Source of the DNA: an uncultured Pseudomonadota bacterium
GTDB taxonomy: Bacteria; Pseudomonadota; Gammaproteobacteria; Ga0077536
Direction of reading: 5' to 3'
Length of the DNA: 52,955 nt
NCBI GenBank assembly: GCA_913047675.1
Contig: CAJWTO010000005.1
Coordinates: forward strand, 1-52,955
The notes beneath the pieces are model-generated. The model had not been told where the DNA came from and made no database searches. It saw nothing but the letters and a program-made list of their open reading frames with translations. Below are positions 42,399-51,348 of this stretch, piece by piece. How positions within the stretch are numbered: position 1 is the stretch's first letter; every line of letters starts with the position of its first letter. The translations under genes and the position numbers were made by a program.

Positions 42399-43544
42399 CT
42401 AAAGAGAGCGAGAAATAAGCTCCTTCATAATCTCGTTAGAGCCGCCGTAGATCATTTGCACACGACTGTCAGCAAAATAATGTGCGACAGGGTATTCCAT
42501 CATATAGCCGTAACCACCATGCAGTTGAAGACATTGATGCGCGGCTTCAAATTGCTTCTCCGAGCACCACCATTTAGCCATCGACGCAGTCTCATTATCC
42601 AAACGATCCTCATTTAGCTCACCAATACAGTAATCAATAAAAACTCTAGAAATTTTTGCCTCGGTAGCTATCTCTGCTAGTTTGAACTTAGTGTTTTGAA
42701 AATCCATTAAAGGCTTCTTGAACGCCTTACGCTCTTTGGTGTACTCGATGGTCTGCTCAAGTACTGCTTCTACAGCAGCAATAGCTCCCACCCCAATAAT
42801 TAGTCGCTCCCGCGGCAACTGCGCCATTAACTGGTAGAAACCTTGTCCTTCCTCGCCACCCAAAATATTTTCAATAGGAATACGGCAATCGTCAAAGAAT
42901 AATTCACACGTATCTTGGCCTTTCATTCCCACTTTTTTAAGCGGTTTATTTCGGCTAAAACCTTCCAAGTCATCAACTTCACACATTAGGAGAGAAACCC
43001 CCTTAGCACCCTCGTTCGGATCTGTCTTACACACCACGCAAACTAAATTCGCATTGTAGCCATTCGTGATAAATATTTTAGAACCGTTAAGTACATACTC
43101 GTCGCCGTCTCTTACCGCCTTGGTTGTGATCGACTGCAGATCCGAACCGGTCCCGGGCTCAGTCATCGCAATAGATGTAATAACATCGCCTGACGCCATA
43201 CCTGGCAACCAGCGATGCTTTTGTTCTTCGGTCCCATATTTAACGATATAATGAGCAACTATGCTCTGTATCCCGTTACCGAAACTTGAAATACATAGCC
43301 TCAGCAATTCTTCGTAAGTAATCACGTCAAAGCCGAAATCCCCGCCGCCACCACCATACTCAGCCGGAACATCGGGACAAAGAAGACCCATTTCACCTGC
43401 TTTTTTCCAATATTCTTTTTCAGGGTAACCTTGCTCAACCCAATGTTCCCTTTGTGGCAAAAATTCAGACTCGAGAAACTTACGAACCCCATCTCGATAC
43501 ATATCGTGGTCTTCGGTCATCCAAGGTGATCTGTAAGCGTTCAT
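42399..43544 (-). CDS. Acyl-CoA dehydrogenase (LCAD-like)
   Basis: AMTEPGTGSDL, NGSKIFITNG, KVGMKGQDT, LPRERL, FQNTKF, QLHGGYGY and IYGGSNEIM motifs. Confidence 0.94.
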   Translation of the reverse strand: MNAYRSPWMTEDHDMYRDGVRKFLESEFLPQREHWVEQGYPEKEYWKKAGEMGLLCPDVPAEYGGGGGDFGFDVITYEELLRLCISSFGNGIQSIVAHYIVKYGTEEQKHRWLPGMASGDVITSIAMTEPGTGSDLQSITTKAVRDGDEYVLNGSKIFITNGYNANLVCVVCKTDPNEGAKGVSLLMCEVDDLEGFSRNKPLKKVGMKGQDTCELFFDDCRIPIENILGGEEGQGFYQLMAQLPRERLIIGVGAIAAVEAVLEQTIEYTKERKAFKKPLMDFQNTKFKLAEIATEAKISRVFIDYCIGELNEDRLDNETASMAKWWCSEKQFEAAHQCLQLHGGYGYMMEYPVAHYFADSRVQMIYGGSNEIMKELISRSL

Positions 43545-43582
43545 ATTCTCTCTCCAACTAAAGCAAGTTTATTTGTAAATCA

Positions 43583-44785
43583 TTAAGCAGCATGCAGTCC
43601 AAAAACCGACACGCTAGCTACATTACGAAAGGGGTGCCCACCTAAATTATGAGTCAGCCCCATAGTCGGGCTATTTAACTGTCGTTCGCCAGCTCGCCCT
43701 TGAAGTTGCAAATATATTTCATACGCCATTCGCAAACCACTCGCACCGATGGGATGCCCAAAGCATTTAAGCCCCCCATCAATTTGGCACGGCACTTGTC
43801 CATCTTTGTCAAACTTCCCATCCAAAACTGCGTTTATACCCTGCCCTTCGTCACACAAGCCTAGGTCTTCCATTACCACAAGTTCAGTCACTGAAAAACA
43901 ATCATGCACCTCAGTCATATTGAGCTCTTTATCAGGATTTTTGATTCCAGCTTCTTGGTAGGCACGTCCGGCTGCAATTCGTGTAGTCTCGAGGTAGCTT
44001 CCATCCCAGCCAGTCGTAGACATTTCAAACCCATTACTGGGAGCTAACTGCATGGCCTTAACGGTAACCATATCCGTTATACCCATTTCCTTGGCTTTTT
44101 CGACGCTTGTGACGATCGCACAGGCCGCTCCGTCACTGACACCACAGCAGTCATATAAACCTAAAGGCGCTGCAATCATCGGCGCGTTCATCGCCTGTTC
44201 CTCAGTGATCTCCCTCCTCAAATGTGCCTTTGGATTTAATACACCGTTAGCATGACTTTTCACTGATACGTGAGCCATTGCTCTTTTTAGGTCACTTGCG
44301 TCGCACTTGTGCTTTGCCTGATATGCACTTGCCAATTGAGCAAAAGCACCAGGAGCCGTTGCATTTGGTAGCCAGAGATCATCGAATGTACCTTTACTAC
44401 GTTCTGGAAGTCCCGGATAACCCGTGTCTTTTAATTTTTCGACTCCGACTGCCATGGCAACATCACATGCGCCCGCCGCGACCGCATAGACAGCACCTCG
44501 CAACGCTTCTGTACCTGTAGCGCACATATTCTCCACTCTCGTGACGGGAATGTTAGGTAACCTAAGGGACATACTAAGGGGTAATCCTGATTTACCTGCA
44601 CTTTGCTCTTGCATAAATAATCCAAGCCACGCCATCTCAATTTGTTCCCGATCCACGCCAGAATCACTTAGCGCCTCTGAAAACGCCTCAACCATTAACT
44701 CTTCCGGTCCACAGTCCCATCTCTCGCCAAAGCGCGTACAGCCCATACCAATAATTGCAACTTTATCTTTAATACCTTTAGCCAT
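43583..44785 (-). CDS. Thiolase, SCP-x/BbsB/PhlC-like type
   Basis: RVENMCATG with catalytic Cys, CCGVSDGAA, EVHDCF, GGLKCFGHPIGASG and HNLGG motifs. Confidence 0.9.
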   Translation of the reverse strand: MAKGIKDKVAIIGMGCTRFGERWDCGPEELMVEAFSEALSDSGVDREQIEMAWLGLFMQEQSAGKSGLPLSMSLRLPNIPVTRVENMCATGTEALRGAVYAVAAGACDVAMAVGVEKLKDTGYPGLPERSKGTFDDLWLPNATAPGAFAQLASAYQAKHKCDASDLKRAMAHVSVKSHANGVLNPKAHLRREITEEQAMNAPMIAAPLGLYDCCGVSDGAACAIVTSVEKAKEMGITDMVTVKAMQLAPSNGFEMSTTGWDGSYLETTRIAAGRAYQEAGIKNPDKELNMTEVHDCFSVTELVVMEDLGLCDEGQGINAVLDGKFDKDGQVPCQIDGGLKCFGHPIGASGLRMAYEIYLQLQGRAGERQLNSPTMGLTHNLGGHPFRNVASVSVFGLHAA

Positions 44786-44803
44786 AACTAGAATCCTTTA
44801 GAT

Positions 44804-46237
44804 TTACGCGCTTATTAAAGGCGCAGGTTTCCAAAAATATCGATGAAAATCTCGCTTATCATCGCGATCTTTTACTCTGTACACTAACCGAACCTCATCT
44901 CCGACCGAGACACTACCAGACTCGAAATCAGTAAATTCGAGCATCACATTCGCTCCCCCATCAAATTCTACATTACCATATATACAAGGAGGAGAAGGAG
45001 TGTATGCTAGCCAATCCTCAGTAAATGACTTAACTCTGCCAAGTTTAGTAGACAAAGTCTCTTCACTTTGTGTGCCGCTAGCCCCGCAACTTACGCATAC
45101 TATGCTCAGCGGATATTGAAGCGCGTTACATTTGGAGCATCGTCCTCCAATCATTGAATTGATGTCTCGTCTCTTTCGATAGTATGCAGAAAGTGCCGTC
45201 CTATTATCTCGTTCCGCACGCAGACCAAAATCCAAACCCAGTCGCTCTCTAAGAGATAAATAGAAAGTATAGTTCTCAGTTGACCGGCGTCGTTCCATGA
45301 ATTTCTTCAGACCTTTCTTAGCACGCATACCGACGAGAGCGCTGGTCGTTTTAATGACTACTGCATCAACTCCCTGACCAAAACCAACCAGCATGATAGT
45401 CTCTCCAGGACTGGCCTTTTCTAGTGAGCTGGCAAGCATCAAAAACGGATGTGCGGCACCAGTATCCCCGCAAGCGGACGCTAAGTTATCTTCAAAACGA
45501 GAAAGGTCAACTTTAATCGTCTTAGCCAAACCTTTCATAGCACCTATCGCTCCATGGACCACAAAGTGGTCAATATCTGAGAGCTTCACATTCGCGGCAG
45601 TCGCCGCGTTAGCCATAGCAGTGGGAGCGATTTTCAACCAACCTTCTTCTCGTACCCATCGTTCTTCGAGACTATAGTCGTAATCAGCTCCGGTAGACCG
45701 ATATTGATCAACTAAATCCTCATGCTCTGATGCGCTGCCAAGAAATTCAGCAATTGGCTCACCTTCACCTAAGAGTAATGCACCGCTTCCGTGACCATAG
45801 GACATTTCCTGCGCACTAGCAGGCTTCGCTTCGCGGCAATCACTTGCAATCAATAAGCTACTTGACGCCCCGGTCTTAAGCGCACGACTGAGGCCACTAG
45901 TAGCAGCCCGACGACTTCCCGCTAAATCCTCAGTTCCGACATCAGTACCCAAATTGAGAGCATCCGCAATCAACCCACTGTTAGATCGATCTGCAAAAGG
46001 AAAGGTTGTTGAAATCATACTGACGTGATCAACTGTTGAACTGACATCATTAAGACAATCTAGGCCAGCCTCAACAGCCATCGTTATAGAATCCTCGTCC
46101 CAATTTGCTACGGTTCTCTCACCTGAAGCCAATGCTCGAAGATTCGGTGCGGCCCAGCCCACTGCTCCAAAAATTGCTTTTCTATCCAATCGTAATGCCG
46201 GCACGTAAGCACCAAACGATAAAATCCCATAGCTCAT
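44804..46237 (-). CDS. HMG-CoA-synthase-like domain fused to a DUF35 zinc-ribbon/OB-fold domain
   Basis: N-terminal GAYVPALRL, ANWDEDSITMAVEA and GHGSGALLLG motifs; C-terminal GGRCSKC...YP...CVSCG, then VKSFTEDWL, VEFDGG and VGDEVRLVYR. Confidence 0.85.
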   Translation of the reverse strand: MSYGILSFGAYVPALRLDRKAIFGAVGWAAPNLRALASGERTVANWDEDSITMAVEAGLDCLNDVSSTVDHVSMISTTFPFADRSNSGLIADALNLGTDVGTEDLAGSRRAATSGLSRALKTGASSSLLIASDCREAKPASAQEMSYGHGSGALLLGEGEPIAEFLGSASEHEDLVDQYRSTGADYDYSLEERWVREEGWLKIAPTAMANAATAANVKLSDIDHFVVHGAIGAMKGLAKTIKVDLSRFEDNLASACGDTGAAHPFLMLASSLEKASPGETIMLVGFGQGVDAVVIKTTSALVGMRAKKGLKKFMERRRSTENYTFYLSLRERLGLDFGLRAERDNRTALSAYYRKRRDINSMIGGRCSKCNALQYPLSIVCVSCGASGTQSEETLSTKLGRVKSFTEDWLAYTPSPPCIYGNVEFDGGANVMLEFTDFESGSVSVGDEVRLVYRVKDRDDKRDFHRYFWKPAPLISA

Positions 46238-46360
46238 AAAATCATTCTCTCAAAGTGAGTGGTTTACAACATTTCAATCGCGAAGCAAGACGCTAAAAAT
46301 TTTCGGCGTAATAATATAACTCCCCAGAAACGATATTATGCGCCCATCGAGCATATAAAC

Positions 46361-47566
46361 TCAAATGACACGACTATTTATAAATTGCTGAATTTCGGAA
46401 TCGTTAAATCCAATCTCTTTTAAGACTTCTTCTGAATGTTCGCCAATGTCAGGCGGCTGTCCGAGAGAAGACTTATAATTCGAAAAATCCAAAGGTATCC
46501 GTGTCGCATGGATCTTGCCTTCAGACGACAAAGGAGTAATTGCCTCGACGAAGCCCATTGCGTCAACCTGGGGGTGAGACGCGACTTCAGTGACCCCAAG
46601 AACAGGGCCACAAGGCACTCCTAAACTCGATAACTCTTCAAGTACTTTCTCGGTAGTAAACTGATTGGCCCATTCCGCTACAGTTTCACAGATAAAATTT
46701 CGATGTTCTGCTCTCGATTGATCAGACTCGAAGCGCACGTCGTCGATCCATTCTGGCTTACCTATCACTTTAGCTATTCGAGAAAATAATCCATTGCCGA
46801 CAACTTGAGTAATAATGCTGCCATCGCGGGTTTTAAAAATATCAGTAGGTGCGGTAGTTTGACCACGATTGCCATCGGGACGTCGGTCGGTACTTAGGGT
46901 CTCCTGTTCAATAATCGCGCTACTAAAAGCGCCAATTGCGGAACCCAGTAAAGACGTTTGAACATGCTGACCCTCTCCATCTTGATCTCTTTGACGCAAA
47001 GCGGCCATTGTTCCAAACGCTCCCATCACAGCCGTAGTGTAGTCAGCGTAAGGAGCTGCAGATCGTCGCGGCTCCTCCTCAGTACCCGACATAAAGGCGG
47101 AACCCGACATCACCTGAGCAATACCATCGAACCCTGCCCAATCACTCCATGGGCCGTCATGGCCGAAGCATGTCTGCGTTGTCAGTATAATGTCTCTCTT
47201 CAGGGATTTAAGGCTATCGTAATCAAGACCTAAGCGCTTGAGCACTTTGGCTGGCATGTTAACAATAATTACGTCGGCCGATTCTACCAAACGTTCAACT
47301 ATCACTCTCGAATCTGGCGACTTTAAGTCCAGAGTAAGACCCCTTTTACCCAAACCGGTCATAGAAAGTAATGCACTCGTGTCACCATAGAGCGGCGTGA
47401 CAAAGCGATCTTCTCCCCCTGATGGTTTTTCTACCCTGATGACATCAGCCCCCAAATAAGCAAGTAGTCTGGCGCAATAAGGTCCGGCAATATATCTAGA
47501 GAAATCAATAACCCTGATACCTTTCAGCGCTCCTTTGGAAAATGCCTTAACTTCTTTGTGCTTCAT
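46361..47566 (-). CDS. CaiB/BaiF family III CoA-transferase
   Basis: ALKGIRVIDFSRYIAGP, GADVIRVE, GKRGLTLDLK, GFDGIAQ and PPDIGEHSEEVL motifs. Start at ATG 47566 (AGGAG upstream) or 47596. Confidence 0.92.
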   Translation of the reverse strand: MKHKEVKAFSKGALKGIRVIDFSRYIAGPYCARLLAYLGADVIRVEKPSGGEDRFVTPLYGDTSALLSMTGLGKRGLTLDLKSPDSRVIVERLVESADVIIVNMPAKVLKRLGLDYDSLKSLKRDIILTTQTCFGHDGPWSDWAGFDGIAQVMSGSAFMSGTEEEPRRSAAPYADYTTAVMGAFGTMAALRQRDQDGEGQHVQTSLLGSAIGAFSSAIIEQETLSTDRRPDGNRGQTTAPTDIFKTRDGSIITQVVGNGLFSRIAKVIGKPEWIDDVRFESDQSRAEHRNFICETVAEWANQFTTEKVLEELSSLGVPCGPVLGVTEVASHPQVDAMGFVEAITPLSSEGKIHATRIPLDFSNYKSSLGQPPDIGEHSEEVLKEIGFNDSEIQQFINSRVI

Positions 47567-47603
47567 CTCCACTCCTACGTTTACAGCGTCCAGCATAATT
47601 ATC

Positions 47604-47632
47604 TTTTACCGAAGTTCGTTATTGGTTAGCAT
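47604..47632 (+). promoter_or_regulatory. Putative sigma70 promoter (-35 TTTACC, -10 TAGCAT) positioned to give a leaderless mRNA starting at ATG 47639
   Basis: -10 hexamer at 47627-47632 ends 6 nt before the ATG; no SD sequence upstream. Confidence 0.35.
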
Positions 47633-47638
47633 ATCATT

Positions 47639-48115
47639 ATGAATTTCAATTTTCGTACGATTTCGGTATTTCTCGTTCTCGCTCTCCTAACGAGGTCCGT
47701 TGTTCCTGTCGGATATATGTTATCCAGCGTCGAGAAAACTAGTGGCTTTAGCCTGCAGTTAGATCTGTGTCCTACCCAAAATAATTTCTCTCTTAATGAA
47801 GTCTCAACAGATATCAATGCCACTTCCCATCTCGCCCATCACCAAATGGTCAGCCATGACCATGCGAGCCATCATCCGATGCTTGAAATGCTCTCAGGAA
47901 AAACTCGTCAGGGGCACAGTGACAATTTAACTTCTCACGACACCTGTCATCTATGGGCCGTGAGTTCGGCAAGCATTGTGAGCATCGAGATTGCACAATG
48001 GCTGTTAGACCCTCTATCTCTAAAAGCAGTATCTGTCTATACAGATATCACCCCCAACAGAAACGTTTACACTCGAAAGCAGACTCGCGCGCCGCCTCTA
48101 AAAACTCTTAGCTAA
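47639..48115 (+). CDS. DUF2946/CruR-like His-rich leader protein with C-terminal RAPP motif
   Basis: N-terminal TM segment plus PVGYM, LDLCP, His-rich HLAHHQMVSHDHASHH, HDTCHLW and terminal TRAPP (RAPP at 48086-48097). Confidence 0.75.
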   Translation: MNFNFRTISVFLVLALLTRSVVPVGYMLSSVEKTSGFSLQLDLCPTQNNFSLNEVSTDINATSHLAHHQMVSHDHASHHPMLEMLSGKTRQGHSDNLTSHDTCHLWAVSSASIVSIEIAQWLLDPLSLKAVSVYTDITPNRNVYTRKQTRAPPLKTLS

Positions 48116-48187
48116 ATAACAATCAATTTATAACTAAGGGGTACCTCTAAATGTGGTGCGCTCCCCTGCTATTACGAGTTAAATACG

Positions 48188-49279
48188 ATGAAACTACCAA
48201 TGTACCTAATACAAACCTGCGTACTCGTGTGTGCGCTTATGTTACTAACCCAAATCAATGCACACGAACCCGCCAAAAAAAGAATGCGTGCCGATTCCCA
48301 TGGACCTATCGGCGTGATGGCGGACCACATGCATAAAAAAGGTGAATATATGTTGTCCTATCGACACATGTACATGGACATGAGCGGCAACGAATTTAAC
48401 GGCAGTAATATTTCTGCTGATACTATTGTGACTACCATTGCAAACCGATTTTACGGAGCGTCCGGTCAGCCGGCCAAGCTTAGAGTTGTCCCTGAGAAAA
48501 TGGAAATGCACATGCATATGATCGGAGCGATGTATGCCCCTAGCGATTGGCTCACCCTGATGGTCATGGCTAGCTACCAAGAAAAAGAAATGACCCTAAC
48601 CACTTACAAGGGAATGATGGGCACTGAAGTAAGAGGTAAATTCACCACAAAATCAGATGGATGGGGAGACACCAAGATAAGTGGACTCGTTAAGCTGTAC
48701 GCGTCAAGTCATCACAAACTGCACGCCCACCTAGGTACGTCTTTACCGACTGGTTCAACTAATGAAACCGATAGCATCTTAAACCCTATGGGGATGACTC
48801 CAACCGTACGTTTACCGTATGGAATGCAACTCGGTGCAGGGACTTATGCCATACTGCATGGAGTAACTTATGTTGGCGACAGGAAAAAGTTCAAATGGGG
48901 CACCCAATATGCAGCGACGAACTATCTTGGTGATGATAATGGCTACACTCGAGGGGACAAATATGATCTCACTGGGTGGGTTAGCTATCAGCCAATCGAT
49001 GCGCTCAGTGGTTCTTTAAGAGTCAAATATTCTGACCAAGGATCGATCTCGGGCATAGATGGTAACATTATGCTTCCAACGCAAGCTGCCGATCCCAGGA
49101 ATTATGGCGGCGAGACTACTACCATATTAGTCGGATTAAACTGGGCAGCCCAACCCCAGAGTCCGGCGAGAGGATTAAGATTAGCTATAGAAGCGGGATT
49201 GCCAATCTCTCAAAACCTCCATGGTTTACAAATGGAGACGGACTTCTCAATCACTAGCGGTTTGCAATACATGTTTTGA
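48188..49279 (+). CDS. His/Met-rich outer-membrane beta-barrel protein, putative metal transporter
   Basis: Signal peptide, RADSHGPIGVMADHMHKKGEYMLSYRHMYMDM, MEMHMHM, GWGDTKI, YGMQLGAGT, amphipathic strands and C-terminal GLQYMF. Confidence 0.75.
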   Translation: MKLPMYLIQTCVLVCALMLLTQINAHEPAKKRMRADSHGPIGVMADHMHKKGEYMLSYRHMYMDMSGNEFNGSNISADTIVTTIANRFYGASGQPAKLRVVPEKMEMHMHMIGAMYAPSDWLTLMVMASYQEKEMTLTTYKGMMGTEVRGKFTTKSDGWGDTKISGLVKLYASSHHKLHAHLGTSLPTGSTNETDSILNPMGMTPTVRLPYGMQLGAGTYAILHGVTYVGDRKKFKWGTQYAATNYLGDDNGYTRGDKYDLTGWVSYQPIDALSGSLRVKYSDQGSISGIDGNIMLPTQAADPRNYGGETTTILVGLNWAAQPQSPARGLRLAIEAGLPISQNLHGLQMETDFSITSGLQYMF

Positions 49280-49301
49280 AAGTAGCCCGTTTCCTCAAAC
49301 T

Positions 49302-49330
49302 TTATCGGCTACTATACTTGTAGCCGATAA
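49302..49330. terminator. Hairpin TTATCGGCTAC-TATACTT-GTAGCCGATAA between convergent genes (putative bidirectional terminator)
   Basis: Perfect 11-bp stem with a 7-nt loop, overlapping the stop codon of the MBL gene; U-tracts are weak on both strands. Confidence 0.55.
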
Positions 49331-50178
49331 GTTCCGTTTTCACTTATTAATGTCCCTGCCGTTGGTCCCGCAAAATGAGTGCCGATTATCAAAGTCGGAG
49401 TATCGGCATACTTCCCGAAGATTTTCCGCCTGGTCTCAATCGCTTGTTCATTGTCGACATCAAACGGACTGACCAACGCTGCGTCGTGAAACTGAATGGG
49501 GTGATGAATAAAGTCTCCAGTAATCAACCCAGTTTGGCCTTTCGACTCGAGCAAAACCGAGCAATGTCCTGGCGTATGGCCTGGGGTAGGGATCAAGCTT
49601 ACTCCCTCACAGACCGAAGTGGGTGCCTCCACGGGACGCGCCAATCCAGCATCTAAAATTGGTTTCAAGCACTCATCAAATACCGTTCGCTGTAGCTTCA
49701 TGAAGTCAATATCTGTGTCTTCGTCAATACTGCCCCAAAATTCTAAATCTTGCTTGCCCATGAGATAAGTGGCGTTTGGAAAAGTCGGAATATACTTGCC
49801 ATCAACAAGATGAGTATTCCAGCCCACATGATCAACATGGAGATGAGTACAGAGTACATAGTCTATATCATCCGGCTTGTATCCTTCGGCCAGCATATCT
49901 TCCATGTAGTTAGTCGCCAACATATGGAACCCTTCAAAGCCCTCTCGAGGCCGACTATTGCCAATACAAGTATCAACAACCAACTTGTCCTGAGGCGTTT
50001 CTACGATTAAAGAGTGAATACTTAAACTTAGGTGGCCATCCTTTGTTACGAAGTGAGGAAATAACCATTTTATTTGTTTGACTACTTCTGGCGTGGCAGC
50101 AGGAATGACATCCGAGAATTCCGGAAACACTACCTCTTGAATCTTTGTTACTTTAATATCACCGATATTCCATTTCAT
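49312..50178 (-). CDS. MBL-fold metallo-hydrolase (lactonase-like)
   Basis: VVDTCIG, THLHVDHVGWN (HxHxDH), TPGHTPGH, TGDFIHHP and THF motifs. Confidence 0.9.
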   Translation of the reverse strand: MKWNIGDIKVTKIQEVVFPEFSDVIPAATPEVVKQIKWLFPHFVTKDGHLSLSIHSLIVETPQDKLVVDTCIGNSRPREGFEGFHMLATNYMEDMLAEGYKPDDIDYVLCTHLHVDHVGWNTHLVDGKYIPTFPNATYLMGKQDLEFWGSIDEDTDIDFMKLQRTVFDECLKPILDAGLARPVEAPTSVCEGVSLIPTPGHTPGHCSVLLESKGQTGLITGDFIHHPIQFHDAALVSPFDVDNEQAIETRRKIFGKYADTPTLIIGTHFAGPTAGTLISENGTYRLQV

Positions 50179-50215
50179 AAACGTTCTCCCCTTCGTTTAT
50201 AGCTTTTTTATTAAT

Positions 50216-51256
50216 TTACAGTAGCTCCTCCGCCACCAGCCTAAGTTCTTCAGGTTTAGTCGCCGAAATAACCATTGTACCGATTTCTCCTCGCGAGCCC
50301 GCGCTTTTCCACCGAGTTAGTTGTTCTTTGATATGTTCAGCGGGACCTACCAGGCAGCAATCATCTATTAATTGATCTGGAACGGCATCGCAAGCTTGTT
50401 GCTTTTGACCCGTGAGAAATAAATCCTGGATCTCTTGCGCGGCATCAACATATCCAAGTCGCTTCGCGTAGTCATTGTAGAAGTTTTTCTCGCGCGCACC
50501 CATCCCGCCCACGTACAAAGCGAACTGGCTTTTTATTTCACGTCTACACGCATCAATATCATCTCCCATTACCATCCTAACAAACGGAGCAAAATCAAAA
50601 TTCTCCATCGATCTTTCATCGTTGGACTTGGAGAATCCTCGCTCCAACGCAGGTTGAAACAAATCAAACTTATCTGGGTTAGCCCATACAAGGAAGGCTC
50701 CGTCAGCCACCTCAGCGGCAGTCTGCGCACCTTTTTCCGTAACAACTCCCGTGTAGATTGGAAGCTCAGGGTTTCCATGCAATATACTTTTGAGGGGTTT
50801 ACCTAATCCCGTACTGCCCTCGCCGACAAAAGGGATCTGATAGTGTTCCCCTTCGTGAGTTAGCGAATTTTCTCTGGCGAGGATTTTACGAATAATCGAA
50901 ATGTATTCTTTTGTCCGTGTTAAAGGCTTCCCATACGCCTGACCGTACCAACCTTCCGCAACTTGAGGGCCAGAAGGGCCAATACCCAAAAGGAATCTTC
51001 CGCCAGAAAGTTGATCTAGCGTCATTGCAGTCATCGCGGTCATTGACGGAGTTCGCGCTGCCATCTGCATGATAGCAGTACCTGCTTTGATTCTTGACGT
51101 TTGGGCAAGTATCCAAGCTATCGGAGTGACTGCGTCTGAGCCCCAAGCTTCCGCACTCCAAACAGACTCATAACCAATTTTTTCCGCCTCAAGTATCAAA
51201 TCCATTGGAATTTGAACCTTTGCACCCGAATAACCAAAAACCAAGCCAAGCTTCAC
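50216..51256 (-). CDS. LLM-class oxidoreductase, probable F420-dependent (Rv3520c-like) subfamily
   Basis: MKLGL..GY, VWSAEAWGSDA, MQMAARTP, LDQLSGGRFLLGIGPSGPQVAEGWYG, LYVGGMGAREKNFYN and QDLFLTGQK motifs. Confidence 0.8.
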   Translation of the reverse strand: MKLGLVFGYSGAKVQIPMDLILEAEKIGYESVWSAEAWGSDAVTPIAWILAQTSRIKAGTAIMQMAARTPSMTAMTAMTLDQLSGGRFLLGIGPSGPQVAEGWYGQAYGKPLTRTKEYISIIRKILARENSLTHEGEHYQIPFVGEGSTGLGKPLKSILHGNPELPIYTGVVTEKGAQTAAEVADGAFLVWANPDKFDLFQPALERGFSKSNDERSMENFDFAPFVRMVMGDDIDACRREIKSQFALYVGGMGAREKNFYNDYAKRLGYVDAAQEIQDLFLTGQKQQACDAVPDQLIDDCCLVGPAEHIKEQLTRWKSAGSRGEIGTMVISATKPEELRLVAEELL

Positions 51257-51348
51257 ACTTCTACTCCTTAAAAAAAATCCACCAAATTATCTTACTTCAT
51301 TTGACTCATCGTGCGACATTATTTGCATGCCGGCAAGATATCTCCATA

